Part shown: piece after piece, positions 62,883 to 64,000 of the stretch
Numbering within the stretch: the first letter of the stretch is position 1
Layout of the letters: every line of letters starts with the position of its first letter
Assembly (NCBI GenBank): GCA_951406725.2
Contig: OX597817.1
Span: 87,792,001 to 87,856,000 of the forward strand
From: Octopus vulgaris
Lineage: Eukaryota
Direction of reading: 5' to 3'
Length of the DNA: 64,000 nt
Position numbers and translations under genes: made by a program
Notes under the pieces: generated by a model
Database searches by the model: none
What the model was told of the DNA's origin: nothing
Seen by the model: only the letters and a program-made list of their open reading frames with translations

Positions 62883-64000
62883 CATGGAATTCAGCGATGG
62901 CAAATCTATTTTCCTATTTCCTTCTCTGTTGTTTTAGATAGTTGTACAAATAGTTTCATAAAGTACATACATGACTTTATTTTATTTCAATAGCTGCAGT
63001 CTTTAATCTATCAAGGCTGATTAAGTGGATTTGTCAGCATACCATTTTCATATCAAAAGTACAAAGGAGCAAACCACTTCAGGATTATAAATATTTATAG
63101 AGATGCTCATGCTATTTTTAAAGACTTTAAGTAAGAATTTTGGTGTGTTTTTCAATATTGAAGCATCAGTAGGCTTCATCTCCAAATGTTTATTAAACCA
63201 GATGGTGACTACAAAAATACAGCCTCTTCATTCCCTTGCTTGAGTGATCTCATTTAATCACTTCCAGATACTACATTGGTTTTATCCTGTATCAGTTAGC
63301 AACTTCAGTTTTATCCAGTGTCAGCAACATCAGTTTTACCCTGTGTCAATTAGTAACATTCTCCAGAAAATTTTATAGAATACATATATATAGACCCAAG
63401 ATATAGTCTGCCATATCAATAGTTAAGAAAAAAGTTTTGACGATTTAGGATTTCAAGAAGAAATTTAATTCAAATATTATATTCAAAATGTAATTTAAGG
63501 TTACATGTTCTTCATAATTTGTGGCCACTGAACAGTTCTTTGATATCACTCTTTGATTGATAAATAGAGAAATGTCTGCACATTATAAATGTAACAGCAA
63601 CATCGTCATCAACATCTGAATATTCCTCTCCAATTTAACTAATACCATTAGTCTACATATCTTTTGTAGATATTCTTATTTAATGAAACCATTTGTAAGT
63701 GTATTTAATTTCTGCGTGCTTAATGTAACTCTTCAAAGTAGTCTCCAGAATATTGTTGAGATATTTAATTTATTTCTTGCCAACATATTCTTTATCAAAC
63801 ATGACAGCAAGATACTATCTGAATTTTGTCATTAATCAAATAGACAGAAAGCAGAAAAGAAAAAGAAATTAAACCAAAAAAATACTGTTTTTGCATCATG
63901 TACAACAAGTAGAAACTATGATTAAATCTTCTTGTTAAGAAAATATGATATTTGATAGTAAAAAAATTGGTTCAATGAAATACATAAAACTTTCTAAAAT

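Noticed and set aside
63480-63900. Possible very old minus-strand RT fragment
   Set aside because: Only faint DD-like and FDK-like traces; cannot assign
56630-64000. Search for the next TBC1D32 exon (acceptors near 57010, 62938, 62993) and for nested genes in the 24.7-kb intron
   Set aside because: Candidates hit early stops or lack similarity and donors; none supportable by eye

Overview
AT-rich animal genomic DNA, not prokaryotic; the SINE, RTE and microsatellite landscape resembles an octopus (coleoid cephalopod) genome, which is an inference from repeat families recognised from memory. The whole window lies inside one large + strand gene. Six short GT-AG coding exons (3320-3448, 28110-28185, 33120-33226, 37428-37489, 52318-52459, 56573-56629) join in frame to a 191-aa stretch colinear with the N-terminal BROMI region of TBC1D32 (Broad-minded, a ciliary/Hedgehog protein). 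Nearly all the supplied ORFs are spurious or transposon-derived. The 4-25 kb introns contain three SINE/short retro-element families, decayed LINEs (R4/Dong-like, RTE/BovB-like, CR1/Zenon-like), Tc1/mariner relics, TTAA and hAT MITEs, a non-autonomous Helitron, and micro/minisatellites. The most interesting unexplained items are: (i) several minimal type-I hammerhead-ribozyme-like motifs, some in (TA)n-embedded or fold-back elements suggestive of Penelope-like retroelement derivatives; (ii) a young CpG-rich ~370-bp tandem array fused to a retro-element tail; (iii) a young, GC-rich, uninterrupted CR1-type insertion that looks flatworm-like; (iv) a local templated insertion and a cluster of template-switch hairpins. 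No database search or folding could be run, so family names are by motif recognition and most repeat boundaries are approximate.
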